Of a stretch of DNA of 30,571 nucleotides, positions 7,602-18,187 are shown one piece after another. The notes beneath the pieces are model-generated. The model was not told the origin of the DNA, ran no database searches, and saw nothing but the letters and a program-made list of their open reading frames with translations. The stretch spans positions 1-30,571 of the forward strand of contig JBDHAC010000041.1 in NCBI GenBank assembly GCA_039588275.1, in the 5' to 3' direction. Origin of the DNA: Gemmatimonadota bacterium. GTDB lineage: Bacteria; Gemmatimonadota; Gemmatimonadetes; Palauibacterales; Palauibacteraceae. Position 1 is the first letter of the stretch. Each line of letters starts with the position of its first letter. Position numbers and translations under genes: made by a program.

Positions 7602-9230
7602 CTACAGTTCGATGTCGTATTCCTTCAGCTTGCGGTACAGCGTCCGTTCGCCGATCTGGAGCTTCTCCGCCGCTTTGCGTCGATTCCCGCCCACGTCGCG
7701 CAACGTGGCGACGATTGCCTCGCGCTCCAGTTCCGCCATGGTCATGCCCGGCCGGAAGGCGATGGCCGCCTCCTCGACCGGTTCACCCGACGCCTCCGTC
7801 GCGTCAATCACCTCACCTGGCGGGAAGCCCACGGTCGGTTCCGTGTCGACGATTCTCGGAGGCGTTCCCGGCACATCGATCTCCGTGCCTGTCCACGCGG
7901 GGGCGACGCCTTCGAGCAGATCGGGGTGTGTTCGCTTGTAACGTTCGAACTCGTGCTTCAGATCTTCGACATCGACCTTCAGCTCGACCAGCGTGCGGAA
8001 GATGAACTCGAGCTGTTGCGTCTGAGGCGCGGCTGCGGAAGTGGCTTCGACGACCGCCGTCCCGCGCTCCGGCGTGATCGGCAACAGGCTCGTTCCGCGA
8101 CCCGAGCGGATCTCGGTCGGGATGTCTTCGGCTCGAATCAGCGAGCCTGGCGCCAGGACGACCATCGATTCGACCAGGTTGCGAAGCTCGCGCACGTTTC
8201 CGGGCCACCCGTAATCCAGCAGGATCTCCATCGCCTCGGGTGAGAGCCCTCTGAACTCGCGGTCGTGAGCGCGGCTGAACTCGGTTATGAAACGGCGCAC
8301 GAGGACGGGGATGTCCTCGCGCCGCGCGCGAAGCGGTGGAAGGTCGATGTGCAGGACGTTCAACCGGTAGTACAGGTCACGCCGGAACTCTCCCCCTTCC
8401 ACTCGTTCTCGGAGATCCCGGTTCGTGGCCGCGATGACCCGCACGCTCACCTCGATCTCCCGATCGCCACCGACCCGCATGAAGCGGCGGCTCTCGAGGA
8501 TGCGTAGGAGCCGGGTCTGCGTCGGCAGCGGCATCTCGGCGATCTCGTCAAGAAGCAGCGTGCCCCCATCGGCCAGCTCGAACATCCCGCGACGGAGCGA
8601 TGTCGCCCCTGTGAACGCGCCCTTCTCGTGCCCGAACAGCTCGGATTCCAGCAGCGACTCGGGGAGCGCAGCGCAGTTTACCGCGATGAACGGCTTGCCG
8701 CGGCGTGGAGAAAGCCGGTGGATGCCTCGCGCCACGAGCTCCTTGCCCGTCCCGCTCTCGCCCGTGATGAGGACCGTGCTGTTGACGGGCGCGATCATGT
8801 GCAGATGCTCCAGCATCTCGCGGATCGGCTCGGTGCGGCCCACGATCCCCGTTTCGCGCTGGATCTCGTAGCGTTCGAGCTGCTGCTCCACGACCACGCG
8901 CACCTCGTCGGGGTCCGGGGGGAGGGCCAGCAAGTCGTCGAGGTCGAACTCGCGCGTCAGGCGCCGATGGGTCTCGGTGTCGACCGCCCCCGCAAATGCG
9001 ATCACGGGCGGGCGCGGGATCTCGGCCTCGAACACGGATCGCATCGCAACCGATGTCCGGTCCGCCGGGTCCGACGTGAGGAGGAGCGCGGTGAGACTCC
9101 CGTCCTCGAGCCGACCTTCGATCTCGTCCGCCGACTCTACGAGCATCACCTCGTGCCGATCCGAAGTGAGGGCTTCGCGAATCGCGACCGCGGCTTCGAG
9201 GTTCCGGGAGTCGATGAACGTGCGGGCCAT
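7602..9230 (-). CDS. Sigma54-dependent transcriptional activator (atypical receiver-like domain, AAA+, Fis-type HTH)
   Basis: Walker A GESGTGKE, ESELFGHEKGAFTGA, LLLDEI, WPGNVREL, C-terminal GNRRKAAEKLQIGERTLYRKL. Confidence 0.95.
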   Translation of the reverse strand: MARTFIDSRNLEAAVAIREALTSDRHEVMLVESADEIEGRLEDGSLTALLLTSDPADRTSVAMRSVFEAEIPRPPVIAFAGAVDTETHRRLTREFDLDDLLALPPDPDEVRVVVEQQLERYEIQRETGIVGRTEPIREMLEHLHMIAPVNSTVLITGESGTGKELVARGIHRLSPRRGKPFIAVNCAALPESLLESELFGHEKGAFTGATSLRRGMFELADGGTLLLDEIAEMPLPTQTRLLRILESRRFMRVGGDREIEVSVRVIAATNRDLRERVEGGEFRRDLYYRLNVLHIDLPPLRARREDIPVLVRRFITEFSRAHDREFRGLSPEAMEILLDYGWPGNVRELRNLVESMVVLAPGSLIRAEDIPTEIRSGRGTSLLPITPERGTAVVEATSAAAPQTQQLEFIFRTLVELKVDVEDLKHEFERYKRTHPDLLEGVAPAWTGTEIDVPGTPPRIVDTEPTVGFPPGEVIDATEASGEPVEEAAIAFRPGMTMAELEREAIVATLRDVGGNRRKAAEKLQIGERTLYRKLKEYDIEL

Positions 9231-9243
9231 CGTTCGCGGGTTC

Positions 9244-9738
9244 CTAGACGTGCTCGGTGTGGCCGCGCAGCAGGCTCGCCGCGTGCCCGGCCAACGGGGA
9301 CAGCGCGCGGAGCCCGTCCTCCACCCCCGCGGGGCTCCCCGGCAGGTTGACGATCAATGTGTGGCCGCGGACACCGGCCAAGCCGCGGCTGAGCGAGGCG
9401 AGCGGCGTCACCGCGCGTCCCTCGGCGCGGAGCGCCTCGCCGATCCCCGGCGCTTCCCGCTCCACCACGACGCGGGTCGCCTCTGGTGTCACGTCGCGGC
9501 TCGCGAGCCCTGTGCCGCCCGTCGTGAGGACGAGATCGAGCGCCATTCCATCCGCCCATTCCATAAGGGCCGACGTGATGGGGCCGACCTCGTCCGGGAC
9601 CACTGCGCTGATCTCGACGGAGTACCCGCTCTCCTCCGCCCAGCGCCGAACGAGCTCCCCCGAAAGGTCTTTTCGTGCGCCGGCGTGGACGCCGTCGGAC
9701 ACGGTGAGGACGCCGACCCGGACGGGCTCTCCTTTCAT
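9244..9738 (-). CDS. mog: MogA/MoaB-family molybdopterin adenylyltransferase
   Basis: [37 protein letters not shown] overlap with gcvT. Confidence 0.9.
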   Translation of the reverse strand: MKGEPVRVGVLTVSDGVHAGARKDLSGELVRRWAEESGYSVEISAVVPDEVGPITSALMEWADGMALDLVLTTGGTGLASRDVTPEATRVVVEREAPGIGEALRAEGRAVTPLASLSRGLAGVRGHTLIVNLPGSPAGVEDGLRALSPLAGHAASLLRGHTEHV

Positions 9739-10853
9739 CGCTTCAGCGAACCGCCCTTGTAGAACGGGGGCCGCGCCACTTCACCACGCACGGGGCGCTC
9801 GCGGATCACTACGTCGATCGGGTCGCCGGGCTCGGCATCGGGCGGTAGATATGCCGTACCGATGCCCTCCCCCAGGCTGGGGCTCATCGTGCCGCTGCGC
9901 ACTGGTCCCATCGATTCTCCGCGAAAGCGCACATCGTACCCCGGACGTGGGAATCCGCGCTCGGTCAGATGAAACCCCGCGAGCCGGCGCCGGATGCCCT
10001 GGTCTTTCTGCCGCTGGAGCGCCTCCCGCCCGATGAAGTCGCCCTTGTTCAACTTCACGAGCCAGGAGAGTCCGGCTTCCAGTGGCGTCGTGTCCTCATC
10101 GATGTCGTTTCCGTACAGCGCGTAGCCCATCTCCAACCGAAGCGAGTCGCGTGCGCCGAGCCCGGCGGCGATGAGACCGTTGGGCGTACCCTGTTCCTCG
10201 ATCTTCTCCCACAGCCCTGCCGCGTCAGCCGCCGGTACGTACAGCTCGAATCCATCTTCGCCAGTATACCCGGTTCGGCTGATGACCCCGGACACTCCGG
10301 CCACGTCCCCCTCGACGAAGTGATAGAACCCGATTCCGGGGAGCCCCGTGGAGGTCAGCGGCTGAAGCACGGCCTCCGCGAATGGCCCTTGCAGCGCCAG
10401 CAGCGCGATCGAGTCGCTCTCGTCCTCCATCTCCACGTCGAACTCCGCTATGATCGACGAGAGGTGATCCCAATCCTTGGCGATGTTGGCGGCATTGACC
10501 ACGAGCCGGAAGTCGTCCTCGCCGAGCCGATAAACGAGGAGATCGTCGACGATCCCACCGCTCGGCAGACACATTACGCTGTATTGCTCCTGGCCGATCG
10601 CGAGTTGCGCCGGATCGTTGGTGGTGGCGCGGGAGATGAACCCGACGGCCTCGGGACCGCGTACCCGGAATTCGCCCATGTGAGACACGTCGAACAGGCC
10701 GACACGCGACCGCACCGCGTCATGCTCGGCCCGGATCCCCGTCGGGTACTGGACAGGCATGCTGTAGCCGGCGAACGGCACGAGCTTGGCTTTCAGGCGG
10801 GTATGCTCCTCGTACAGCGGCGTCTTCTTCAACTCCACCGTCGCTTCGTTCAT
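9735..10853 (-). CDS. gcvT: Glycine cleavage system aminomethyltransferase T
   Basis: [37 protein letters not shown]. Confidence 0.97.
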   Translation of the reverse strand: MNEATVELKKTPLYEEHTRLKAKLVPFAGYSMPVQYPTGIRAEHDAVRSRVGLFDVSHMGEFRVRGPEAVGFISRATTNDPAQLAIGQEQYSVMCLPSGGIVDDLLVYRLGEDDFRLVVNAANIAKDWDHLSSIIAEFDVEMEDESDSIALLALQGPFAEAVLQPLTSTGLPGIGFYHFVEGDVAGVSGVISRTGYTGEDGFELYVPAADAAGLWEKIEEQGTPNGLIAAGLGARDSLRLEMGYALYGNDIDEDTTPLEAGLSWLVKLNKGDFIGREALQRQKDQGIRRRLAGFHLTERGFPRPGYDVRFRGESMGPVRSGTMSPSLGEGIGTAYLPPDAEPGDPIDVVIRERPVRGEVARPPFYKGGSLKR

Positions 10854-10887
10854 CGCACGCGTCTCCTGTTCCGTGGCCGCCGGCCGC

Positions 10888-11805
10888 TCACTCGGCGGAG
10901 CCCATCAGCTGGACGAGCAGCGCCTTCTGCGCGTGGAGCCGGTTCTCGGCTTCATCCCAGACGCGCGAAGCGGGGCCGTCGATCACGTCGGGCGTCACTT
11001 CCTCGCCCCGGTGCGCGGGCAGGCAGTGAAGGAAGATCGCGTCTGGCGCGGCCCGCGCCATGGTTTCGGGATCGATGCGGTATCCGGCGAAGGCTGCCGC
11101 CCGCTCTGCCGCCTCTTCCTCCTGACCCATCGATGCCCACACGTCCGTGGTGAGCACCTGTGCGCCGGCCGCCGCCTCCTTCGGGTCGCGAAACAGCTCG
11201 ACCGAGGCCTCGCTCCGGGCCGCGTCGAGCAGCGCGGGATCGGGATCGTAGCCCTCGGGGCAGGCCAATCGGAGCCGGAGACCGAACCGGCGCGCCGCAT
11301 TCAGCCACGAGTTGGCCATGTTGTTACCGTCGCCGATCCAGGCCACCATGATGTCGGCCAGCTCCGGACCGAATTCCTCCTGAATCGTCATCACGTCTGC
11401 CATCACCTGGCACGGGTGGAGCAGATCGGTCAGTCCGTTGATGACGGGGATCGAGCCGTGCTCCGCGAGCGCCTCGACGTCGGCCTGGTCGAAGGTGCGG
11501 ATCATGACGCCGTGCACGAAGCGCGACAGCACCCGCGCGGTGTCGGCGATGGGCTCGCCGCGTCCGAGCTGAATGTCGCGACTGGAAAGGAACAGCGCCT
11601 GCCCGCCGAGCTGGTGCGCACCTACCTCGAAGGAGACCCGAGTCCGCGTCGAGCTCTTCGCGAAGATCATCGCCAGGGTCTTGCCCGCGAGCGGTCGTCC
11701 GACGGCGAAGGCGTCGTCCTTCAACCGCGCCGCCAGGCTCAACGTCTCAAGCAGTCGCTCCGTAGGCCAATCGGCAATCGAAAGAAAGTGTCCGGTCTTC
11801 TCCAT
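10888..11805 (-). CDS. argF: Ornithine carbamoyltransferase
   Basis: SSTRT, HPCQ, DVWASMG, FLHCLPAHRGEE, AENR. Confidence 0.97.
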   Translation of the reverse strand: MEKTGHFLSIADWPTERLLETLSLAARLKDDAFAVGRPLAGKTLAMIFAKSSTRTRVSFEVGAHQLGGQALFLSSRDIQLGRGEPIADTARVLSRFVHGVMIRTFDQADVEALAEHGSIPVINGLTDLLHPCQVMADVMTIQEEFGPELADIMVAWIGDGNNMANSWLNAARRFGLRLRLACPEGYDPDPALLDAARSEASVELFRDPKEAAAGAQVLTTDVWASMGQEEEAAERAAAFAGYRIDPETMARAAPDAIFLHCLPAHRGEEVTPDVIDGPASRVWDEAENRLHAQKALLVQLMGSAE

Positions 11806-11859
11806 GTCCCCTCGTGCTGCGAGGCGCCACCCCGGGACACGCCGAGGACAGTAAACCTG

Positions 11860-13449
11860 CTACAGGATGTAGCGGCGCAGGTCCTCGTCCTCCGCGATCT
11901 TCGCCAATCGCTCGCGTACGAACGCCTCATCGATGGTGATCCGTTCTCCCACCCCCCGGTCTGGGAGGTCGTACATGATCTGCTCCAGAAGCGTCGTGAG
12001 CACGGTGTGCAGCCGTCGCGCCCCGATGTTCTCGGTACGCTGGTTGACCTCGGATGCGAGTCTGGCCAACTCGCGTACCGCATCGTCCGTGAACTCAAGC
12101 CGGGCACCTTCGGTCTCGACCAGCGCCTGGTATTGGCTGAGCAGGGCGTACCGCGGCTCCATCAGGATGCGCGCGAAGTCATCCTCGTCCAGGTTCTTGA
12201 GCTCCACTCGGATGGGGAAACGCCCTTGAAGCTCCGGGATGAGGTCCGAGGGTTTGGCCACGTGGAAGGCGCCGGCCGCAATGAACAGGATGTGGTCGGT
12301 GCGCACCATCCCGTAGCGCGTCTGAACGGATGATCCTTCAACGATCGGGAGCAGATCGCGCTGGACGCCTTCACGGGAGACATCGGGCCCCACACCCCCA
12401 CGGACTCCGGCAACCTTGTCCAGCTCGTCCAAAAACACGATGCCCATGTTCTCGACGCGGTCGAGGGCTTCGTCGATCACTTCGTCCATGTCGATCAGGC
12501 GATCGAGCTCTTCGGAGCGCAGGATTCGACGTGCTTCCGTTACGCTCACTTGACGACGGCGCGTTTTCTTGGGGAGCATCCCCTGAAGCATCTCGCTCAT
12601 GTTCCAGTCGAGACCCTCCATACCGGACCCGCTCACGTCGAGGATCGGCATCGAGCTCTCGGTGACCTCGATCTCGATCTCCCTATCGTCGAGCTTCCCG
12701 TCCCGCAGGAGCCCGCGGAGCTTCTCGCGAGTCCGCTCCTTTCGATCCTCGGGGAGTCGAGGACCTCCCTCCTCCATCGCCTGGCCCGAGAGCGATACGA
12801 CGAAGTGGCGCTCGGGCTCCTCGGTCTTCCCCGCGGAGTCCTCCTCCTCAGCCACGGGGGGAAGAAGGAGGTCGAGGAGGCGTCCTTCGACCTTCTGCTC
12901 GGCGATCTCCCGATTCTCCACCTCGCGCTCATCGCGGACCATGTTGATCGCGATGTCGACCAGATCGCGGATCATGGATTCCACATCACGGCCGACGTAG
13001 CCCACTTCGGTGAACTTCGAGGCTTCCACCTTCATGAACGGGGCGCCGGCGAGGCGAGACAGTCGTCGGGCGATCTCAGTCTTTCCGACTCCGGTCGGGC
13101 CGATCATGATGATGTTGTTCGGGAGGATCTCCTCCCGCATCTCCGTCTCGACGTTCTGGCGTCGCCAACGGTTGCGGAGCGCGATCGCCACCGCCTTCTT
13201 CGCTTCGTCCTGGCCGATGATGAACTGGTCCAACTCGGCCACGATCTGACGCGGCGTGAGCGGAAGCGTCTCGTCAGGAGCTCTCGGGTTGACGGGCTCG
13301 GGCTGCTCGCGCGCTTGGGCCGCTTCCTGCGGTCGGTCTACGGACCCCGGGGGAGCCGACTCCGGGCTGCCCTCGTCGCCGTCGGGTACGGGCGCCGGCT
13401 CGGCCGCCCCGGCCATCTCCGTCTCGGGTTTCGCATCTATCGGATACAT
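11860..13449 (-). CDS. hslU: HslU ATPase of the HslUV protease, with an N-terminal extension (start uncertain)
   Basis: LTPRQIV.ELD, Walker [19 protein letters not shown]-terminal DLRRYIL. Confidence 0.96.
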   Translation of the reverse strand: MYPIDAKPETEMAGAAEPAPVPDGDEGSPESAPPGSVDRPQEAAQAREQPEPVNPRAPDETLPLTPRQIVAELDQFIIGQDEAKKAVAIALRNRWRRQNVETEMREEILPNNIIMIGPTGVGKTEIARRLSRLAGAPFMKVEASKFTEVGYVGRDVESMIRDLVDIAINMVRDEREVENREIAEQKVEGRLLDLLLPPVAEEEDSAGKTEEPERHFVVSLSGQAMEEGGPRLPEDRKERTREKLRGLLRDGKLDDREIEIEVTESSMPILDVSGSGMEGLDWNMSEMLQGMLPKKTRRRQVSVTEARRILRSEELDRLIDMDEVIDEALDRVENMGIVFLDELDKVAGVRGGVGPDVSREGVQRDLLPIVEGSSVQTRYGMVRTDHILFIAAGAFHVAKPSDLIPELQGRFPIRVELKNLDEDDFARILMEPRYALLSQYQALVETEGARLEFTDDAVRELARLASEVNQRTENIGARRLHTVLTTLLEQIMYDLPDRGVGERITIDEAFVRERLAKIAEDEDLRRYIL

Positions 13450-13526
13450 CTTCGACTCATCGCGTCCAGTCAGGTTCGAAATCGCTCCTCATGCGCGGCG
13501 CTAGCAGACTACTGCCAGGGATCACG

Positions 13527-14066
13527 CTACGCCTCGAGCTCGAGGACCGTGATCTCCTGGTTGCTGTAAACGCAGATCTCCGCCGCGATCCGCAAGCTGC
13601 GGCGAACTACATCCGCCGCGCCCAACTCCGAGTTTTCCACGAGCGCGCGAGCTGCCGCGAGTGCGTACGGGCCCCCTGAGCCGAGCGCTAGAATGCCTTC
13701 ATCGGGCTCGATCACCTCACCCGTACCGGAGATCAGCAGGCTCGTCTCGCGATCGGCGACGGCCAGGAGTGCCTCCAGACGTCGCAGGTAACGATCGCTG
13801 CGCCACTCCTTCGCGAGCTCGACGGCCGCCCGCGTCAGATTACGCGGGTGCCTCTCGAGCTGGCCCTCGAACTTCTCGAATAGGGCCAGGGCGTCGGCGA
13901 CGCCGCCGGCGAATCCGGCGAGAATCATCCCCTCTCGCATGTGCCGCACCTTCGCGGCCTTCGCCTTGACGATGGTGTCGTTCATCGTCACCTGGCCATC
14001 GCCGCCCATCGCGACGCGGCCGTCGCGCCGCACGCAGAGAATCGTCGTCCCCCTGAACTCAGTCAT
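13527..14066 (-). CDS. hslV: HslV threonine protease subunit
   Basis: [31 protein letters not shown] at 14066 after a GAGGAGG RBS. Confidence 0.96.
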   Translation of the reverse strand: MTEFRGTTILCVRRDGRVAMGGDGQVTMNDTIVKAKAAKVRHMREGMILAGFAGGVADALALFEKFEGQLERHPRNLTRAAVELAKEWRSDRYLRRLEALLAVADRETSLLISGTGEVIEPDEGILALGSGGPYALAAARALVENSELGAADVVRRSLRIAAEICVYSNQEITVLELEA

Positions 14067-15039
14067 TCCCTCCTCCTCGCGGGTGCGATCGCGCGTGGAC
14101 GTCCTTGAGTCGCTCGACGGATGTATGGGTGTAGACACGGGTCGTCGACAGGCTCGCGTGCCCGAGCATCTCCTTGACCGACACCAGGTCCGCCCCGCCA
14201 TCCAGTAGATGCGTCGCGAAGGTGTGCCGCAGCGAGTGGGTCGAGAGCCGCTCGCCTCCCGCGGCGAGCTGCAGTGCCTCGGTCACGGTACGCTGGATTT
14301 GGCGCCGCGAAAGCCGCTGCCCCCGCACCGATAGAAACAGTGGCGCATCGGCACGTTCAGGATGAGGCTCCCCGTTGGAGGCAAGAAGATCAGAACGGAT
14401 TGTCATATAAGCACTTAGCGCCTCCGCGGCCCGCGTGCCGAGCGGAATGATCCGCTCTTTATCGCCCTTCCCGAGGGCGCGGACCGAGCGGCTGCTCAGG
14501 TCCACGTCGCCGACGTCGAGCCCGTGTGCCTCGGCGAGTCGAAGACCACACGAGTAGATGAGCTCCACCAGCGCCCAACGCCGAAGCGCGATGGCATTCC
14601 CCTGAGTGCGCGCGTCCGCCATCAGGAGCTCGAACAGCGAATCGGCCCGCTCGCGAGTCAGGTACCCCGGCAGATCTCGCTCCCGCCGCGGGGCTCGCAC
14701 GAGCCTCGCGGGGTTCGACCGTACGACGTCCGTGCGGTGCAGGTACGCGTAGAACGCGCGAAGCGCCGACAGCTTCCTCTGAATCGTGGAGCGACGGAGC
14801 CCACGCCCCTCGAGCCAGCCGAGGAAGGAACGAATCGCCAGCCGATCGACTTCGACCCAGGACCAGTCGGACCGCCCGAAGTAGTCGTTATGAAACTGTT
14901 CGAACTGGTCGAGATCGCGACGGTATGCGGCGACCGTGTTGGGAGAGAGCCGGCGCTCCAGCGCGGCGTAACGCAGGAAGTTCTGGCGCAGTCCTCCGCT
15001 CTCGAGGGCCTCTTCCGACCGGCCGCTATGACTTGCCAC
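14059..15039 (-). CDS. xerC: Tyrosine recombinase XerC
   Basis: [32 protein letters not shown], in the conserved topA-xerC-hslV-hslU context. Confidence 0.9.
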   Translation of the reverse strand: MASHSGRSEEALESGGLRQNFLRYAALERRLSPNTVAAYRRDLDQFEQFHNDYFGRSDWSWVEVDRLAIRSFLGWLEGRGLRRSTIQRKLSALRAFYAYLHRTDVVRSNPARLVRAPRRERDLPGYLTRERADSLFELLMADARTQGNAIALRRWALVELIYSCGLRLAEAHGLDVGDVDLSSRSVRALGKGDKERIIPLGTRAAEALSAYMTIRSDLLASNGEPHPERADAPLFLSVRGQRLSRRQIQRTVTEALQLAAGGERLSTHSLRHTFATHLLDGGADLVSVKEMLGHASLSTTRVYTHTSVERLKDVHARSHPRGGGND

Positions 15040-17611
15040 GCTCGCTCTTGCCCCTGGAGGCCGCCTTGGACGATCCCTTACCGCGCTTCTTCGACTTCTT
15101 GGCGGCGTCGCGCTGGCGCCTCGCTTCGAGCAACTCGAGCGCCATGTCGATCGTGACGTCCTCCGGCTCTACCCCCTTCGGCAGCGAGGCGTTCGTCTTC
15201 TTGTGCCTCACGTACGGTCCGTAACGCCCCTTGTAGACCGCGATCGGCTCGTCGTCACCCGGGTGCCCTCCGATCTCACGAATCGGCTTGCTGCCGGCAC
15301 CCCGCCGCCCCCGCCGCTTGGGCTGCGCGAGCAGCTCGAGGGCTCGATCGAGCGTGATGTCGAGGGGGTCGTCCTCCGCCTGGAGCGACCGATAGTCGCC
15401 TTCATGGACCACGTACGGCCCGTAGCGTCCGATTCCCACCTTCACGGGTTGATCCGTGTCCGGATGGGAGCCGAGCGACGACGGCATGGCCAGCAGCTTG
15501 AGCGCGATGTCGAGCGTGACGCGCTCGGGACTCACCGTATCCGGCAGCGATGCCCTCGGCGGCTTGGCGCCGTCCTCGTCCGTCTCGCCCAGCTGCACGT
15601 AGGGGCCGAAGCGTCCCGTGAGCAGATACACCGACTCGCCGGTCGCCGGGTCTACCCCGAGCTCCTCCGGGCCCTGCGCCCGCTTCTCGATCAGGGAGAT
15701 CGCCTCTTCATCCGTAAGATCCGCGGGAGCAACACCTTCGGGGATCGGGGCGGTCAAGCGCTCACCGTCACGCTCCAACTCCAGGAACGGACCGTAGCGG
15801 CCGATCCGGACCCGCGGGCGCATGTCGCTCAACTCCACGGTGGACGCTTCGCGCGGGTCGATCGCTCCCTCGTGCTCGCTGACTCGGGCTTCGAAGCCCT
15901 CCGCCCCGCTGTAGAAATCCCTCAGGTAGCTCCGCCAGTCGACTGTGCCCGAAGCGATCGCGTCGAGCGAATCCTCCATGTCGGCGGTGAAGCCCGTGTC
16001 CACCAGGTCCGGGAAGTGATCCTCGAGCAGGTGCGTGACCGCGAACGCGATGAAGCTGGGGATGAGCTGCTTGTTCTGGCGTTCGGCGTACCCACGATCC
16101 AGGATCGTGGCGATGATCGCCGCGTATGTAGATGGACGCCCGATTCCCTCGCTCTCCAGCGCCTTCACCAGGGTGGCATCCGTGTAGCGGGCGGGTGGCT
16201 TCGTCTCGTGACTCAGGGCCTCGAGCTCGTTGCACGCCACCTGCTGTCCTTCGGCGAGTTCGGGGAGCACCACCTCCTGGTCTTCGAGGGCGGCTTCGGG
16301 ATCATCCCGGCCCTCCACGTACGCCCGGAAGAAACCGGCGAATTCGACCACCTTCCCGGTGGCCCGGAACACGGCGTCGTCGGCCTCGATCAGGGCGGTG
16401 AGGTGCTTCTGCCGGGCCTCGGCCATCTGGGTGGCGACGGTCCGCTTCCAGATCAGGTCGTACAGCGCCCGCGCACCGCCCTCCAGACCGAGCTCCTGGG
16501 CGGTAGGCATGCGCGTTCCGGCAGGCCGGATCGCCTCGTGCGCTTCCTGCGCGCCCTTCGTCTTCGTCCGGAAGCGGCGCGGCTTGTCACTCAGGTACTC
16601 AGCGCCGTATCGGGCCTTCACTTTCTCACGGATCGCGACGATCGCCTGCTCGGAGAGCTGCACGGAGTCCGTGCGCATGTACGTGATCAGCCCGTCTTCG
16701 TACAACCTCTGGGCGATGCGCATGGTCCGGCGCGCCCCGAGGTTCAGCTTCCGGTTCGCCTCCTGCTGAAGGCTCGATGTCGTGAAAGGCGCGTAGGGGC
16801 TCCGTTTGGATTGCTTTTCCTCCAGCGAGGCCACGGAGAAGACTTCGTCCGCGAGCCGGTCTCTGAGCGCCGCGGCCGACGCCTCGTCCATCCACAGGAC
16901 GTCCACCCCCGTCTTCAGCTCGCCGCTGCGCTCGTCGAAGTCCTTTCCCGTGGCCAGCGGCGCCCCGGCCAGGTGGGTCAGGTCCGCCGCGAACGAGCGA
17001 CCGTCGGCCTGCAGCTGCGCCCTGAGATCCCAAAACCGGGCCGAGTGAAACGCGCGTCGAGCCCGCTCGCGCTCGACGAGGAGCCGGACGGCTACAGACT
17101 GCACACGCCCGGCGGAGAGGCCCGGGTTGATCTTCTTCCACAGCAGCGGCGACAGCTTGTAGCCGACCAGGCGATCCAAGATTCGCCGCGCTTGCTGCGC
17201 CTCGACCCGCTTCAGGTTCAGACCTACCGGGTGCTCGAGCGCAGCCAGCACCGCGCTTCGCGTTATCTCGTTGAACGTGATCCGCTTGAAGCGCTCGCCA
17301 TCCTCGCCCTCCTCGTAGCCGAGCTGCAGCGCGATATGATAGGCGATCGCCTCGCCCTCGCGGTCCGGGTCGGTCGCGAGCAGAATGAGGCCCGCCTTCT
17401 TGGCGGCACTGCGCAGCTTCTTGAGGACGGGCCCTTTGCCCTCGATCGTCACGTACTCCGGCTCGAAGCCGCTCTCCACGTCGACGCCGAGGCCGCTCTT
17501 GGGTAGATCGAGCACGTGGCCGACCGATGCCTCGACCGTGTACCCGTCCCCCAGGTACCCCTCCAGCGTCCTCGCCTTCGCTGGCGATTCGACGATGACC
17601 AGATGCCTCAC
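15026..17611 (-). CDS. topA: DNA topoisomerase I with Topo_C_Rpt-type C-terminal repeats and a basic tail
   Basis: LVIVESPAK, TDPDREGE, SAGRVQ, catalytic ITYMRTD, GIGRPST, and four GR[YF]GP[YF] repeats. Confidence 0.97.
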   Translation of the reverse strand: MRHLVIVESPAKARTLEGYLGDGYTVEASVGHVLDLPKSGLGVDVESGFEPEYVTIEGKGPVLKKLRSAAKKAGLILLATDPDREGEAIAYHIALQLGYEEGEDGERFKRITFNEITRSAVLAALEHPVGLNLKRVEAQQARRILDRLVGYKLSPLLWKKINPGLSAGRVQSVAVRLLVERERARRAFHSARFWDLRAQLQADGRSFAADLTHLAGAPLATGKDFDERSGELKTGVDVLWMDEASAAALRDRLADEVFSVASLEEKQSKRSPYAPFTTSSLQQEANRKLNLGARRTMRIAQRLYEDGLITYMRTDSVQLSEQAIVAIREKVKARYGAEYLSDKPRRFRTKTKGAQEAHEAIRPAGTRMPTAQELGLEGGARALYDLIWKRTVATQMAEARQKHLTALIEADDAVFRATGKVVEFAGFFRAYVEGRDDPEAALEDQEVVLPELAEGQQVACNELEALSHETKPPARYTDATLVKALESEGIGRPSTYAAIIATILDRGYAERQNKQLIPSFIAFAVTHLLEDHFPDLVDTGFTADMEDSLDAIASGTVDWRSYLRDFYSGAEGFEARVSEHEGAIDPREASTVELSDMRPRVRIGRYGPFLELERDGERLTAPIPEGVAPADLTDEEAISLIEKRAQGPEELGVDPATGESVYLLTGRFGPYVQLGETDEDGAKPPRASLPDTVSPERVTLDIALKLLAMPSSLGSHPDTDQPVKVGIGRYGPYVVHEGDYRSLQAEDDPLDITLDRALELLAQPKRRGRRGAGSKPIREIGGHPGDDEPIAVYKGRYGPYVRHKKTNASLPKGVEPEDVTIDMALELLEARRQRDAAKKSKKRGKGSSKAASRGKSERGKS

Positions 17612-17629
17612 GCGTGCGCTCCCGCCTTG

Positions 17630-18187
17630 TTAGTCCTTTCGAGCATTCCCTGTTAGGCAGTAGCCCCGTAATTGTTTCAGGGCCTCCTCCACGACCTCCG
17701 TTGGCGATCGATCCTCGGTATCCACTTCGCACTCCGCGTCGGCGTAGGCCGCGCGTCTCGCGGCCAGGGTGCGAGCCAGCGAGTCCTCGGGCGCGTCCGG
17801 ATCGACCAGCGGACGCGTAGCCATCCGCAGGGCGAGCCGCCGTGCGGCCGTCTCCGGTCGAACGCGAAGCCACACTCGCACGCTGCCGGGTGTCGCTCGG
17901 TCGATGTCCGACCGTGCCATCCAGCCGCCGCCCGTCGCGACCACGAGGTGGCGCCGACTCCGAATCGCCTCGGTCGCCTCGGCCTCCAGACGCCGAAAGA
18001 CTGACTCACCGCGCGTTCGGAAGATCTCCGGGACGCTCTGACCGGCGACGGTTTCGATCTCACCGTCCAGGTCCACGAATCCGTACCCTATGCGATCGGC
18101 CAGCTCGCGGCCGACGGTGCTCTTCCCGGAGCCGCTCAAACCGACGAGGAAGATGCGCGAGGGCCAGATGTCATCCACGGTTTTCAT
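17630..18187 (-). CDS. aroK: Shikimate kinase
   Basis: GLSGSGKSTVG, DLD, GESVFR, ATGGG, RPL. Overlaps the 3' end of aroC. Confidence 0.93.
   Translation of the reverse strand: MKTVDDIWPSRIFLVGLSGSGKSTVGRELADRIGYGFVDLDGEIETVAGQSVPEIFRTRGESVFRRLEAEATEAIRSRRHLVVATGGGWMARSDIDRATPGSVRVWLRVRPETAARRLALRMATRPLVDPDAPEDSLARTLAARRAAYADAECEVDTEDRSPTEVVEEALKQLRGYCLTGNARKD

Noticed and set aside
10854..10887. Glycine riboswitch before gcvT
   Set aside because: The spacer is only 34 bp and has no aptamer motif.
13500..13520. TGGCAGTAGTCTGC as a sigma54 promoter for hslU
   Set aside because: GG-to-GC spacing is 9 nt rather than the required 10.
14059..15039. xerC as a mobile-element integrase
   Set aside because: Typical chromosomal XerC motifs in the conserved topA-xerC-hslVU context, with no att sites or cargo.
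15203..17506. 767-aa + strand ORF and other long antisense ORFs (10786-12333, 20035-21471, 9969-11153, 29101-30294)
   Set aside because: Shadow ORFs opposite well-supported genes, expected from high-GC codon bias. No recognisable motifs.
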